A stretch of DNA of 64,000 nucleotides from a virus. The stretch spans positions 1-64,000 of IMG/VR virus record IMGVR_UViG_3300011115_000844. One strand, given 5' to 3'. This document shows positions 1 to 8,574 of this stretch, one piece after another. Each line of letters starts with the position of its first letter. Position 1 is the stretch's first letter. The translations under genes and the position numbers were made by a program. Below the pieces are notes generated by a model that saw only the letters and a list, made by a program, of their open reading frames with translations, searched no databases and was not told the DNA's origin.

Positions 1-690
1 CAGTATACGTACAATATATTCGTGTGTAGCGTGTGTAGATATACGTTAGTGCAACTTCGTATAACCATGTACGTTAGTCGCAAAGAAAAATTGGTAAATT
101 TTGATAAGACAAGTTTCTAAATGAAAATGAAGAAAGGAGGAAGAAAGCGAAAAACGAATGTTGTATGGTGTACGAATGAGGAACGAATGATGTGTGCCTT
201 GTACGGATACGGTGTGCGATAGGGTGTACGGTAGACAAACGATGGTACAAGGTAGCAGAGTGGAGTGCCGAGTGTAACGAGGTACGGATAAGGGAAGTAT
301 AACGTAAGGGATATAACGCAGGTACATGGTAGCAAGGATAAGGGTGTAACCTATGCGAAGGGTGTAAAGGGTATTACTCTAAGGGTAACAAGGAGAATAC
401 TGTAACCTATGCTAAAAGAGGTGGGTGTAACCTTTAAATACTATAATTATTTAATAAATTCAATTTTTCAATTTTTCAAAAATTCGATTTTTTTATTTTT
501 TATATCTTTTTTGTCAGTTTTGGGGTGGCGTTGGAGATACGGGATGTATGTTTGGGGGGAGAAGGGGTGTGGGAGGGCAGGAAACGGGGTAAAAATCGAG
601 GATTGGAAAAGAGTAGGGTGAAGGGAAGGGGATGGAGGAAAGAAGGGAAGGAAGGGGGGGGGGAACCCCTTTTCAATTAAGAATTGGGGT
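1..690. other. Non-coding, G-skewed region with short repeats; possible genome terminus or replication origin
   Basis: No credible ORF; composition unlike the rest of the window; GTAACCT repeated three times at ~347-433; G-run tract at ~520-663. Confidence 0.45.
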
Positions 691-695
691 TTTTT

Positions 696-848
696 TTAAT
701 TTTTATTGACTTTAATAATAACGTAATAGGTAACTAATGTTAAACCTATAATAGCTAACCACTTTTGTGTGTTAGTTAAACCTTTTTTTTCTTTTGTTGC
801 ATCTTCGCATTTACATTTTTGCGTTTCAGCACATTTACAATCTGCCAT
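696..848 (-). CDS. 50-aa membrane protein with two CxC motifs (not in ORF track)
   Basis: Manual translation MADCKCAETQKCKCEDATKEKKGLTNTQKWLAIIGLTLVTYYVIIKVNKN; follows the CHAP gene; C-terminal TM helix. Confidence 0.65.
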   Translation of the reverse strand: MADCKCAETQKCKCEDATKEKKGLTNTQKWLAIIGLTLVTYYVIIKVNKN

Positions 849-887
849 AATTTTAAATTTTATTTTATCAAAAATAATGTTTTTTTA

Positions 888-1331
888 TTAATATCTTAAA
901 TACCCTTTTATTTTAGTTTTAGGTCTTTGTTTGCGACAAACCATAATGCCTTCTCTTGACCCCGAATCGTTGGTGTTACCTTCTATTGTGTAAATGAAAT
1001 TAGCATCTACCTTTTCTACTATACCCGTATGTCCTAAACCTTTACCGAAGTCCATTATGAATATATCTCCTAATTGTGGTTCGCCAACTACTCTATACTT
1101 TTTGTCTGCATTATTCCAACAATGTAATACCCCACCACTTTTTATTAATGGAGTTAAGCCGTTTTGATTAAAGCACCAATAAACAAACGCCATGCACCAC
1201 GATGCAGGAAAATTGATGCCTACTGATTTCAGATAATCTTTAACGGGTGTACCCCAATTGCTTCCAAGTGGGTTTTCACATTTACCTATTTGTGTTTTAG
1301 CTACTTCTAATGCTGATTTACCTAATCCCAT
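888..1331 (-). CDS. CHAP-domain peptidoglycan hydrolase (endolysin)
   Basis: WCMAFV catalytic Cys, GHTGIV His, TIEGNT motif. Confidence 0.88.
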   Translation of the reverse strand: MGLGKSALEVAKTQIGKCENPLGSNWGTPVKDYLKSVGINFPASWCMAFVYWCFNQNGLTPLIKSGGVLHCWNNADKKYRVVGEPQLGDIFIMDFGKGLGHTGIVEKVDANFIYTIEGNTNDSGSREGIMVCRKQRPKTKIKGYLRY

Positions 1332-1332
1332 A

Positions 1333-1539
1333 TTATTGAGTTTTAGTTTCTTCTGTAAAGAAATTGGTTAAGAATTTACCTACCCATCCCGATACCAAAA
1401 CAATTATACCTAATGTTTCGTGTTCGTTTACAATTGCATAGGTTGATACGAATACTGATGCTGATGCTAATGAGTCACCTAATACCCGAAATCTCTTTGG
1501 AGTGGGTAAGAAATAACCCTTTAATGAAATTTTTTTCAT
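1333..1539 (-). CDS. Putative holin
   Basis: 68 aa, two hydrophobic segments, between two CHAP genes. Confidence 0.55.
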   Translation of the reverse strand: MKKISLKGYFLPTPKRFRVLGDSLASASVFVSTYAIVNEHETLGIIVLVSGWVGKFLTNFFTEETKTQ

Positions 1540-1542
1540 AGT

Positions 1543-2181
1543 TTATACATTTAATTTTCTAATAAAACCTCTTATAACAAGGTCACCACCAATAGATTTA
1601 CCAATTACACTTGTTCTATTCTTTTTAGCAACGTATTCTCCATTACTAATATTAGATTCCGATGTGTTACCCTCTATTGTGTCCATTGTATTATTTGAAT
1701 TAACTTTTATAACCACTCCTGCATGACCCGTACTTGGTTTGTTACTGTGTCTAAAAATAACAATATCACCTACTTTTGGTGAACCACTTGTAATTGCTTC
1801 GTAAGTGCCACTTGTATCGTTTTTAGCGTTAGTAAATGATTGTTGTGTGTTACCAACAAGAACTTTATCTATTTTAGCTTGTTCGGTTGGATTGTCCTTA
1901 AACACATTGTAGTGTATAGCTTTTGCAAAGTACATACACCATTGGTCAGATGAACGCCAACCAACTGCTTTCATCATAGCTTGGAATACATCATTGCCAA
2001 ATGCTTGATTATCACCAATCTCTTTTACACCTACCCATTTACCTGCAAATGCACTTACTAAATCTCCAAATTTTTGCTTTATGTATCTTGCACCACTAAA
2101 CAATTTTTCCCTACTTGCATACACTACAAATGCAGTAATAGAACCAAAAAACAACACTTTGTGCCATGTTTTAATTTGCAT
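1543..2181 (-). CDS. CHAP-domain hydrolase with N-terminal TM anchor
   Basis: WCMYF, GHAGVV and TIEGNT motifs; N-terminal hydrophobic helix; paralog of 16259..16864. Confidence 0.85.
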   Translation of the reverse strand: MQIKTWHKVLFFGSITAFVVYASREKLFSGARYIKQKFGDLVSAFAGKWVGVKEIGDNQAFGNDVFQAMMKAVGWRSSDQWCMYFAKAIHYNVFKDNPTEQAKIDKVLVGNTQQSFTNAKNDTSGTYEAITSGSPKVGDIVIFRHSNKPSTGHAGVVIKVNSNNTMDTIEGNTSESNISNGEYVAKKNRTSVIGKSIGGDLVIRGFIRKLNV

Positions 2182-2194
2182 GATTTTATTTTAG

Positions 2195-2265
2195 AAGCGA
2201 CACTTGGATTCGAACCAAAACGAACAGAATCAAAATCTGTTATGCTACCTTTACATAATATCGCT
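2195..2265 (-). tRNA. trnQ: tRNA-Gln (anticodon UUG)
   Basis: Cloverleaf folded by hand: acceptor AGCGATA/TGTCGCT, anticodon stem ACAGA/TCTGT with loop TT-TTG-AT, T-loop TTCGAAT; CCA not encoded. Confidence 0.92.
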
Positions 2266-2274
2266 ATATTTTTA

Positions 2275-2282
2275 CAAATTTA
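2275..2282 (-). promoter_or_regulatory. Bacteroidota -7 promoter element for tRNA and lysis genes
   Basis: TAAATTTG (TAnnTTTG consensus) ~10 nt upstream of the tRNA. Confidence 0.65.
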
Positions 2283-2313
2283 ATTAATTTTTTTTTATTT
2301 TAATTATGTTGCT

Positions 2314-2321
2314 TATATTTG
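2314..2321 (+). promoter_or_regulatory. Bacteroidota -7 promoter element for the early operon
   Basis: TATATTTG ~20 nt upstream of ATG 2341, divergent from the tRNA promoter. Confidence 0.65.
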
Positions 2322-2340
2322 CTCATTCCTAACCTAACCT

Positions 2341-2583
2341 ATGAAAAAAATAATGCTTTTAGCTTTGCTATTTTTAGCAAGTTGTCAAAAAGAAAAGATT
2401 TGTAATTGTGGTGTAATTACATGGGATTATGGTAATACAACTGCCATTTATCCCTATCAAACAATTGTTATTAAAAATGATTGTAGTGGTAATGAAAGAA
2501 CATTTGATATTATACCTACATCAGTTTACGAAATCATTACAGTTGGAGAAAAATATTGCGTAATAAATATTTATAATTGGTAA
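2341..2583 (+). CDS. Putative lipoprotein
   Basis: MKK, hydrophobic core, LASC lipobox. Confidence 0.7.
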   Translation: MKKIMLLALLFLASCQKEKICNCGVITWDYGNTTAIYPYQTIVIKNDCSGNERTFDIIPTSVYEIITVGEKYCVINIYNW

Positions 2584-2599
2584 CTTAAAACTAAAAAAC

Positions 2600-2869
2600 A
2601 TGAAAGTAGTTAAAAATTTAATCGGAATGGCTTTGCTAATTGGGTTAATTAATCCATTTGTATTTACTAATCATCAGCAATGGTATCAAGGTTTTGCGGG
2701 AATCTTATGTGCCTTCATTGGTAGTGGTTTGATATTTGGTTTCAAAGGGTATGCAGTTAATCCTAAGAAAATCGGAAATTCCGAATCTACACCCGAAATA
2801 AATCAAGTTTGGATGATGTTTTTTATAGGTTGCGTTTGTAACTTATTGTTTGCTACACTTTACGTTTAA
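2600..2869 (+). CDS. Membrane protein (about 3 TM)
   Basis: Three hydrophobic segments. Confidence 0.7.
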   Translation: MKVVKNLIGMALLIGLINPFVFTNHQQWYQGFAGILCAFIGSGLIFGFKGYAVNPKKIGNSESTPEINQVWMMFFIGCVCNLLFATLYV

Positions 2870-2925
2870 AAAGAGAAAACCCACTCTAAGCGACCTATTC
2901 TTACGGGAAGGCGAGTGGGTGTGTT
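2870..2925 (-). ncRNA. Candidate small structured RNA or terminator hairpin
   Basis: GC-rich stem ACCCACTC/GAGTGGGT (2879-2920), followed by a T-rich run on the minus strand; TATCTTTG element at 2930-2937 (-). Confidence 0.35.
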
Positions 2926-3013
2926 AGTGCAAAGATAAATAAATTTTACGTTTTCGTAAACAGTTTAAAAAAGTAAACAAAACATTACTATTAGTACCAA
3001 AAACCGATTAAAA

Positions 3014-3280
3014 ATGACACTATTAGAATTTTCAAATTACGCTTACGAAAAAGCAGAAGAGTATGGCATTAGCCGTTACAAAGTATCTACAATGGCTTGT
3101 AATCATGGTTTGCATAATAAAAACCAAATCAATTACACCATACAAGCATTTGATAGCATAAGTAGAAATTTTATTACTGCAAGACAACATAACCCTTCAA
3201 GTGCTTTGAGTGAATTTGAAATAAAATTAAAAGCACATTTTAAAGTTTATTCACAAGAACAACAAGATATAGAAATATGA
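3014..3280 (+). CDS. Hypothetical phage protein
   Basis: ORF in co-oriented operon. Confidence 0.7.
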   Translation: MTLLEFSNYAYEKAEEYGISRYKVSTMACNHGLHNKNQINYTIQAFDSISRNFITARQHNPSSALSEFEIKLKAHFKVYSQEQQDIEI

Positions 3281-3744
3281 AACAATCAGCAGTACAATGG
3301 TTAGAAGATAAATTAATTGATAGTGGAATTAATTTTTTAACAGAGGAAGTTGAATTTATTGAACAAGCAAAAGAAATGGAGAAAGTAACCGAAGATACAT
3401 CCGATGGCTACCATACATTTAAAGAGTTGTACGAATTTAGAAAGGTTTACAATGCCGTACTATTTAACGAATGGGGTAAAATTTATAATGGAAAATTTGA
3501 AGAAGGTATTATGGATTTTAAACCAAAGTACGATGTTCATAAAAGTTGGAAACATAATGATGGAGAACTTTGTTTTGGTGGGGGTTGGTTCATAGTTTTA
3601 GCAATGCTACCAAGTGGTCAAATTAGTAACCATTACAAAGCAGGAGATTGGGATTTATTTAAAATACCCGAAGTTGAAAAAGCAAAATATCCTTTTGACG
3701 GACATACAAGCGAAGATGTTATTGAACGATTATTAAACCTTTAA
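3277..3744 (+). CDS. Phage protein: AVxWL/QAKEM N-module plus WDGH-type domain
   Basis: SDGYHTFKELY, GQISNHY and FDGHT motifs. Confidence 0.7.
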   Translation: MKQSAVQWLEDKLIDSGINFLTEEVEFIEQAKEMEKVTEDTSDGYHTFKELYEFRKVYNAVLFNEWGKIYNGKFEEGIMDFKPKYDVHKSWKHNDGELCFGGGWFIVLAMLPSGQISNHYKAGDWDLFKIPEVEKAKYPFDGHTSEDVIERLLNL

Positions 3745-3756
3745 ACATACTTTATT

Positions 3757-4233
3757 ATGAAATCATCAGTAGAATGGTTAGTAGACCAAATGCTTAAACA
3801 AGGTTATTTTGATGGGAATAAACCATTGTCTATAACCAATCTTGACCATCTTCAACATCAAGCCAAAGAAATGCACAAGAAAGAAGTTGAGAATGGTTTT
3901 AATGAAGGTTATAGAGATGGGTTTGTAGATGGGTTAAGTGGGTTTGATAATGACCAAGATGTAGAAAAATTTGATAACGCAAATCTTTATTATAACGAAA
4001 CATTTGGGGTTAAGGAAAGTGGTATGTCGGAAAAACCGACAACCCAAACAGATGAAGAAATAAAATATTCCAAAACATTTGAAAAAAAGTATAGTGAGAA
4101 AGATTTGAAACAGTTTGCTTGGGAATGCGTTGCTAACTTTCTTTCAAATGATGAAAATAAAGTTGAAGGAAAACTTGTTGATATTATTATTGATAGAAAC
4201 GATTATCAGTTTAAAAAATTTAAAAAGAAATAA
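3757..4233 (+). CDS. Hypothetical protein with SVEWL/QAKEM module
   Basis: N-terminus paralogous to 3277 and 11609. Confidence 0.7.
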   Translation: MKSSVEWLVDQMLKQGYFDGNKPLSITNLDHLQHQAKEMHKKEVENGFNEGYRDGFVDGLSGFDNDQDVEKFDNANLYYNETFGVKESGMSEKPTTQTDEEIKYSKTFEKKYSEKDLKQFAWECVANFLSNDENKVEGKLVDIIIDRNDYQFKKFKKK

Positions 4234-4234
4234 T

Positions 4235-4606
4235 ATGACAATAGAAAAATGGTTATCAGATGTTTACCAAGATAGTTATGTTGGAAACAAAATTTGGAAT
4301 AAAACAATTGATGGTGGAAGTGAAATGATTGCTGATATAAGAGGATGGGGTGCTATACAATATTTATTTAAAAATAATGAAGAAGCAAAGAAATTCCAAA
4401 ATGAAGTTTGTAAGTTTATTGTAGAAGCTATCAGAGAAAAATTAGCAAATATATCTTCCCAAACAGAAATATCAGATGAAGAGATAGAGAAAGAAGCAGA
4501 CAAATATGCTAATAAATGGATAGATGGTAAAGAAGCATATTATGGATTTAAAGAATGTGCTAAATGGTATAAAGAACAATTAAAACAAAAAACAAATGGA
4601 AAATAA
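4235..4606 (+). CDS. Hypothetical phage protein (start moved to MTIEK)
   Basis: ATG immediately after the previous stop. Confidence 0.7.
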   Translation: MTIEKWLSDVYQDSYVGNKIWNKTIDGGSEMIADIRGWGAIQYLFKNNEEAKKFQNEVCKFIVEAIREKLANISSQTEISDEEIEKEADKYANKWIDGKEAYYGFKECAKWYKEQLKQKTNGK

Positions 4607-4838
4607 ACCACTTTTAGAAGAAGCAAAATTTGAATTTAGTCAAGAAGCAAATTGTATGAGTGAAAACGATGGAGCAGAGTTTTTAGAAATACAATGCCTT
4701 TCTGATTTAGGTATTGATAGAAATGAGGGAAAATGTTTTTACGTTCTTAAAACAGAAGGTTGGAGTATTGATAATGTAGGCGAACTGCAAGAACTGTTTG
4801 ATAGAATAAAAAAGACACTTTTTTCTAAAAATTTGTAA
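4596..4838 (+). CDS. Hypothetical phage protein
   Basis: Overlapping operon ORF. Confidence 0.7.
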   Translation: MENKPLLEEAKFEFSQEANCMSENDGAEFLEIQCLSDLGIDRNEGKCFYVLKTEGWSIDNVGELQELFDRIKKTLFSKNL

Positions 4839-4891
4839 GTGTTTAAATTGACAAAAAATAAAAATAGTAAACATTTAAACTGACAAATAAA

Positions 4892-5212
4892 ATGAATTTT
4901 AGCGATACAACTTTTTCACTTGCAAAAGCATTGCACCACATTAATAATGCAAAAGAATACTTTACTGATGTTAAAAGAGATTGCCATTCGGGAATTAAAA
5001 ATCAATTTACATCTTACATACAAAAATGCGATTTCATTATTGGTTCAGTTACATCAAAACTAACAGACGAAAACAAAGCAATTTTAAAAAAGGAATTGGC
5101 TGATTCATTTTTAATTGAAGCAATAAACGATAAGTTAATGTATATGAATGAATTGCAACGAAATGAAGTTGAATTATTTATTGAAGAAATTTTAAAACGT
5201 GATAAAAAATAA
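4892..5212 (+). CDS. Hypothetical phage protein
   Basis: Operon ORF. Confidence 0.7.
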   Translation: MNFSDTTFSLAKALHHINNAKEYFTDVKRDCHSGIKNQFTSYIQKCDFIIGSVTSKLTDENKAILKKELADSFLIEAINDKLMYMNELQRNEVELFIEEILKRDKK

Positions 5213-5217
5213 AAACC

Positions 5218-5508
5218 ATGAAAGAATTAGAACAAGTAAATAAGATTTCAGAAGAAATACAAGTGGTAAAACCTATTAAAAAGGAAATGAAATTGATAGG
5301 TAAATTAATTCCACAAAGAGGTCATAAATGCTTTGAAATTAATACAATAACAGATGAAGTTTTTGAAGCAGAATTTTTTGAAGATATTGTAAGTATGTTT
5401 TCATCAAGCTACGAAAGAAGAAAGAAATTGAAAATTAAAGAGAATTGCGTTTACATTACTGCGTTAAATAAAACAAATGCTTTGAAAAAATATAGACAAA
5501 TGTTGTAA
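5218..5508 (+). CDS. Hypothetical phage protein
   Basis: Operon ORF. Confidence 0.7.
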   Translation: MKELEQVNKISEEIQVVKPIKKEMKLIGKLIPQRGHKCFEINTITDEVFEAEFFEDIVSMFSSSYERRKKLKIKENCVYITALNKTNALKKYRQML

Positions 5509-5582
5509 AATAAAATGAAATTGGTCTAAAAATGGTATATAAAGTTGTCTAAAAAAAACCTAAATTGTCTAAAACTTTACCC

Positions 5583-5819
5583 ATGATACCAATAGACAAA
5601 CAATACCATTTTTTTGCAGGGTTTATAATTTACTTTTTATCGCAATTATTTTTTACAACATGGTTTGCATTGATACCCGTAATAGCAATTGCAACTTTAA
5701 AAGAAGTTTACGATTACATCAGTAAAAAAGGAACACCCGAAATAAATGATTTGCTTTTTACCATTTATGGTTCAATACCAATACTTATTGTAAAATTAAT
5801 TTTAAACCAATCAATATGA
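5583..5819 (+). CDS. Small membrane protein (DKxxH...KE..D type)
   Basis: DKQYHF, KEVYD and DLLFT motifs with TM helices; ATG at 5583 preferred. Confidence 0.65.
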   Translation: MIPIDKQYHFFAGFIIYFLSQLFFTTWFALIPVIAIATLKEVYDYISKKGTPEINDLLFTIYGSIPILIVKLILNQSI

Positions 5820-6316
5820 AAAAAATAATATTCGCAACCATTTTGTTAATGTCAACGAAATGCTTTGCACAAGAATTTGAAGGAGGTTTTATAAAAGTTA
5901 GAGGTACGGGAGGTACACCCCCATACACATTTTCATTAGATGCAAGTGCTTATCAAACAAAAGATACCTTTTTTAATGTATCAGCAGGTCAACATACTGT
6001 TTTAACTAAAGATTCAAAAAACTGCATCAAAACTTCTGTATGTACAATGTATAATAAAGTAACTATGAAACTATTTATTTGGAATGGTAGAAGTTATGTA
6101 AATGCCGAGCAATACATTGCACCGTCTACAATTAATTTTTTATCAGTAAAATTAGAAGCAAGTGGTGGTAAATCCCCATACTATTTTAGCAAAAACTCTA
6201 CTACAACTTACATCAAAAATAAAGTTTTTTGGAACGGCTTATCTAAAAACGTACCATATACATTTAGGGTTAAAGATGCTTTGGGTTATATTTATTACAT
6301 AAACATTACTTTATAA
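5816..6316 (+). CDS. Secreted protein with two SprB-like repeats
   Basis: Signal peptide; GGTPPYTFSLD...VLTKDSKNC and GGKSPYYFS...FRVKDALG repeats. Confidence 0.65.
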   Translation: MKKIIFATILLMSTKCFAQEFEGGFIKVRGTGGTPPYTFSLDASAYQTKDTFFNVSAGQHTVLTKDSKNCIKTSVCTMYNKVTMKLFIWNGRSYVNAEQYIAPSTINFLSVKLEASGGKSPYYFSKNSTTTYIKNKVFWNGLSKNVPYTFRVKDALGYIYYINITL

Positions 6317-6450
6317 TGAAAAGATTATTATGCTTTGTTGGATTACACAAATGGAGATTACAATACATGATTGGAATATCGGGTAACTTCAAATGTAAAC
6401 GATGCAAAAAAGAAAAATACGTTTGGCAGTATTATAAAAACAATTATTAA
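6316..6450 (+). CDS. 44-aa zinc-ribbon protein (DUF1660-like; not in ORF track)
   Basis: MKRLLCFVGLHKW...CKRCKK; ATG overlaps the upstream stop. Confidence 0.6.
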   Translation: MKRLLCFVGLHKWRLQYMIGISGNFKCKRCKKEKYVWQYYKNNY

Positions 6451-6468
6451 AATTTAAAAACAATTAAA

Positions 6469-6651
6469 ATGGAAAAAAAAGTGAAAACAAAAACAAAAAG
6501 GGTTGTAACTCTAAAAAAAATTACTATTTCAACAATGAGCAATGGAGTGCAAAAATTTAAAACAGAAGGTTATACACAAGATGAAGTTATTAAAATATTA
6601 AAATTTCATTTAGAAAGAGTAACTGATTTCATAAACAATAAAAACGATTAA
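6469..6651 (+). CDS. Hypothetical protein
   Basis: Operon ORF. Confidence 0.6.
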   Translation: MEKKVKTKTKRVVTLKKITISTMSNGVQKFKTEGYTQDEVIKILKFHLERVTDFINNKND

Positions 6652-6652
6652 A

Positions 6653-7015
6653 ATGAAAAGATTAAAAACAAAAACATTAGAGGAAATTCTTGACTTAACA
6701 GATGAACCAAACATCTTAGAAGAAATGGCAGATAATAACTTCAAAGAGTATAAGATTAAAATGCTGAAACATAATGCAGACCCCGAAGCGATTTGTTTAG
6801 ATGGGTTTGATGATGCCTTAATTGGTACTAAAAGCGAAGGTAGATTAGTTTACGATTTTGGCTTAATGAAAAAGTTATTGGTACAAAGGGATAAGTTTGA
6901 AGAAATTGAAGCCGATGAATACTTGGATTATAATGTTATAAATGCTTTTTTTGGTACTTTAAACCCTATTTACGTTAATCTAAATATTGATTTAGTGTTA
7001 CAATCATTAAAGTAA
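6653..7015 (+). CDS. Conserved phage hypothetical protein
   Basis: DGFDDALIG...EYLDYNV pattern. Confidence 0.7.
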   Translation: MKRLKTKTLEEILDLTDEPNILEEMADNNFKEYKIKMLKHNADPEAICLDGFDDALIGTKSEGRLVYDFGLMKKLLVQRDKFEEIEADEYLDYNVINAFFGTLNPIYVNLNIDLVLQSLK

Positions 7016-7019
7016 TTTT

Positions 7020-7247
7020 ATGAGAAAAACAATGTTCCCTGCACGATTAGAATTAGAAGTATTTAGAAAAGAAGGTTGGCAGGTTGAAATAAGTTACATA
7101 GTTAATGATGAAAGACAAATGTTTACTAAATTTCAAACCATAAAATCTTTATACCCTATAAAAAACAAAGATTATCAAATCATTTTATATGCAAATAGTA
7201 AGGTAAACGGTAAAAATAAAGAAGGGGATGTAGAAACAACCCCTTGA
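7020..7247 (+). CDS. Hypothetical protein
   Basis: Operon ORF. Confidence 0.6.
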   Translation: MRKTMFPARLELEVFRKEGWQVEISYIVNDERQMFTKFQTIKSLYPIKNKDYQIILYANSKVNGKNKEGDVETTP

Positions 7248-7353
7248 TAAAAAAAAATATGATTAATGTACTCTGTTGCAAATATATAGAATTGTCAATA
7301 AAAAGTAATTGCATAGAATATTTTTTTTTACTTTTTAATTACTCATGTTTACC

Positions 7354-7361
7354 TAAATTTG
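7354..7361 (+). promoter_or_regulatory. Bacteroidota -7 promoter element
   Basis: TAAATTTG upstream of the HTH gene; an opposite-strand TATATTTG lies at 7279-7286. Confidence 0.55.
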
Positions 7362-7388
7362 TTTTCCCACTTTAAAATCCATAAAAAA

Positions 7389-7613
7389 ATGAGCAAAGCT
7401 ATTAAACCCGTTATCTCTAAAAAAGATATTGATGTAAATGAATACATGAATGTTTCTGAATTGTCAAAATTTTTAAAAATGAGTGCGTCACATATTTACA
7501 GTTTGACTTCTACTAAAAAAATACCTCACATTAAACTGCTTGGTAAAAAGATTTTGTTTGATAGAAGTGAAATAAACAATTGGTTAAAATCAAAAAGTGT
7601 ATCAGCTAATTAG
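7389..7613 (+). CDS. Excisionase-like HTH DNA-binding protein (HTH_17)
   Basis: YMNVSELSKFLKMSASHIY...IPH...ILFDRSEINNW. Confidence 0.85.
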   Translation: MSKAIKPVISKKDIDVNEYMNVSELSKFLKMSASHIYSLTSTKKIPHIKLLGKKILFDRSEINNWLKSKSVSAN

Positions 7614-8563
7614 TGCCACAAAAAAAGAAAAATATTAAAACTCGTGGCGTTTCGCTATATAACAAAATTCTAAAGGAATTTACGAAAGTAAACAATTCGT
7701 TACCCGAAGAAAGAAAGTTATCATTAAGCGATAGGCGTAAGTATATCAAAGAGAAGATATACCCACAATTCAAAGGTAATGCTCCTACAAGGGTATCTGT
7801 AAAGGACATTAGAAAGGAAATTGTTGGTGTATTAGATACGATTGTACCAAAAGAAGGTTGCGATGTAAATTTTATCAGTCCTTCAATTGTTGCAAACGTA
7901 GGTTGGTTTGAACTTGATGATTTTATTCGTGATGTATTGCCTTCATGTATTTACATCAGCATTGATGCAGGTGATTTTGGTAAGACAAAAATATTCAATA
8001 CACTAAACTACAACTACACTAAGAACGGTGTAAAAAAGATTGTAGATAACATCAGAGATTTTGTAAATAACGATTCGGGTGTTGATGTAACCTTTACGGG
8101 GCAAAAAAAATTACGCAAGGGCAAAACAAATGATGGTACTCCCGAAAACTATTACATAGAGTTTATATTGGTTGTAAATAGTGACCCAATAAAAAGCATT
8201 GACCCCGTTTTGTTTGACGTTCCCAAATCGCAAAAGAAACAAGTTACATCGGTTAAAAATGCTATCCTATCAAGGGTTAAAGAACTTGGTAATAAGAAAA
8301 AAAGAAGGAAAAGAGCAAGACGAACTGCCATTAAAAACATCAGCAACGTAAGAAAAATTGCAAAAAGACAAGTCAACGCTAAAACTGTTGAGTATAAGAG
8401 AAAATTAGCGTACAAAAAAATTAAAGAATACAATAGAGCAATAAAGCAAATCCAAAGTGCTTTTAATAAAGGTAATTTAACCGAAGACCAATACAATAGA
8501 TTCATAAACGAAATCAACCAACTTATAATTCAAGTAAAAAAAGAAGGTGGTATTGTAGATTAA
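7613..8563 (+). CDS. Very basic hypothetical protein
   Basis: 316 aa with K/R-rich termini; GTG start coupled to the HTH stop. Confidence 0.7.
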   Translation: MPQKKKNIKTRGVSLYNKILKEFTKVNNSLPEERKLSLSDRRKYIKEKIYPQFKGNAPTRVSVKDIRKEIVGVLDTIVPKEGCDVNFISPSIVANVGWFELDDFIRDVLPSCIYISIDAGDFGKTKIFNTLNYNYTKNGVKKIVDNIRDFVNNDSGVDVTFTGQKKLRKGKTNDGTPENYYIEFILVVNSDPIKSIDPVLFDVPKSQKKQVTSVKNAILSRVKELGNKKKRRKRARRTAIKNISNVRKIAKRQVNAKTVEYKRKLAYKKIKEYNRAIKQIQSAFNKGNLTEDQYNRFINEINQLIIQVKKEGGIVD

Positions 8564-8574
8564 AAACGATTAAA

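Noticed and set aside
46-621. ORFs 46..327, 117..335 and 409..621
   Set aside because: They are low-complexity translations of a skewed non-coding region, with codon usage unlike the real genes
2195-2265. Possible suppressor tRNA or stop-codon reassignment
   Set aside because: The anticodon is UUG (ordinary Gln), and genes are intact and tightly packed under the standard code
2074-2283. Plus-strand 69-aa ORF
   Set aside because: It is antisense to the tRNA and the CHAP gene
7389-7613. Prophage integration module
   Set aside because: The excisionase-like HTH has no integrase, att site or host genes in the window
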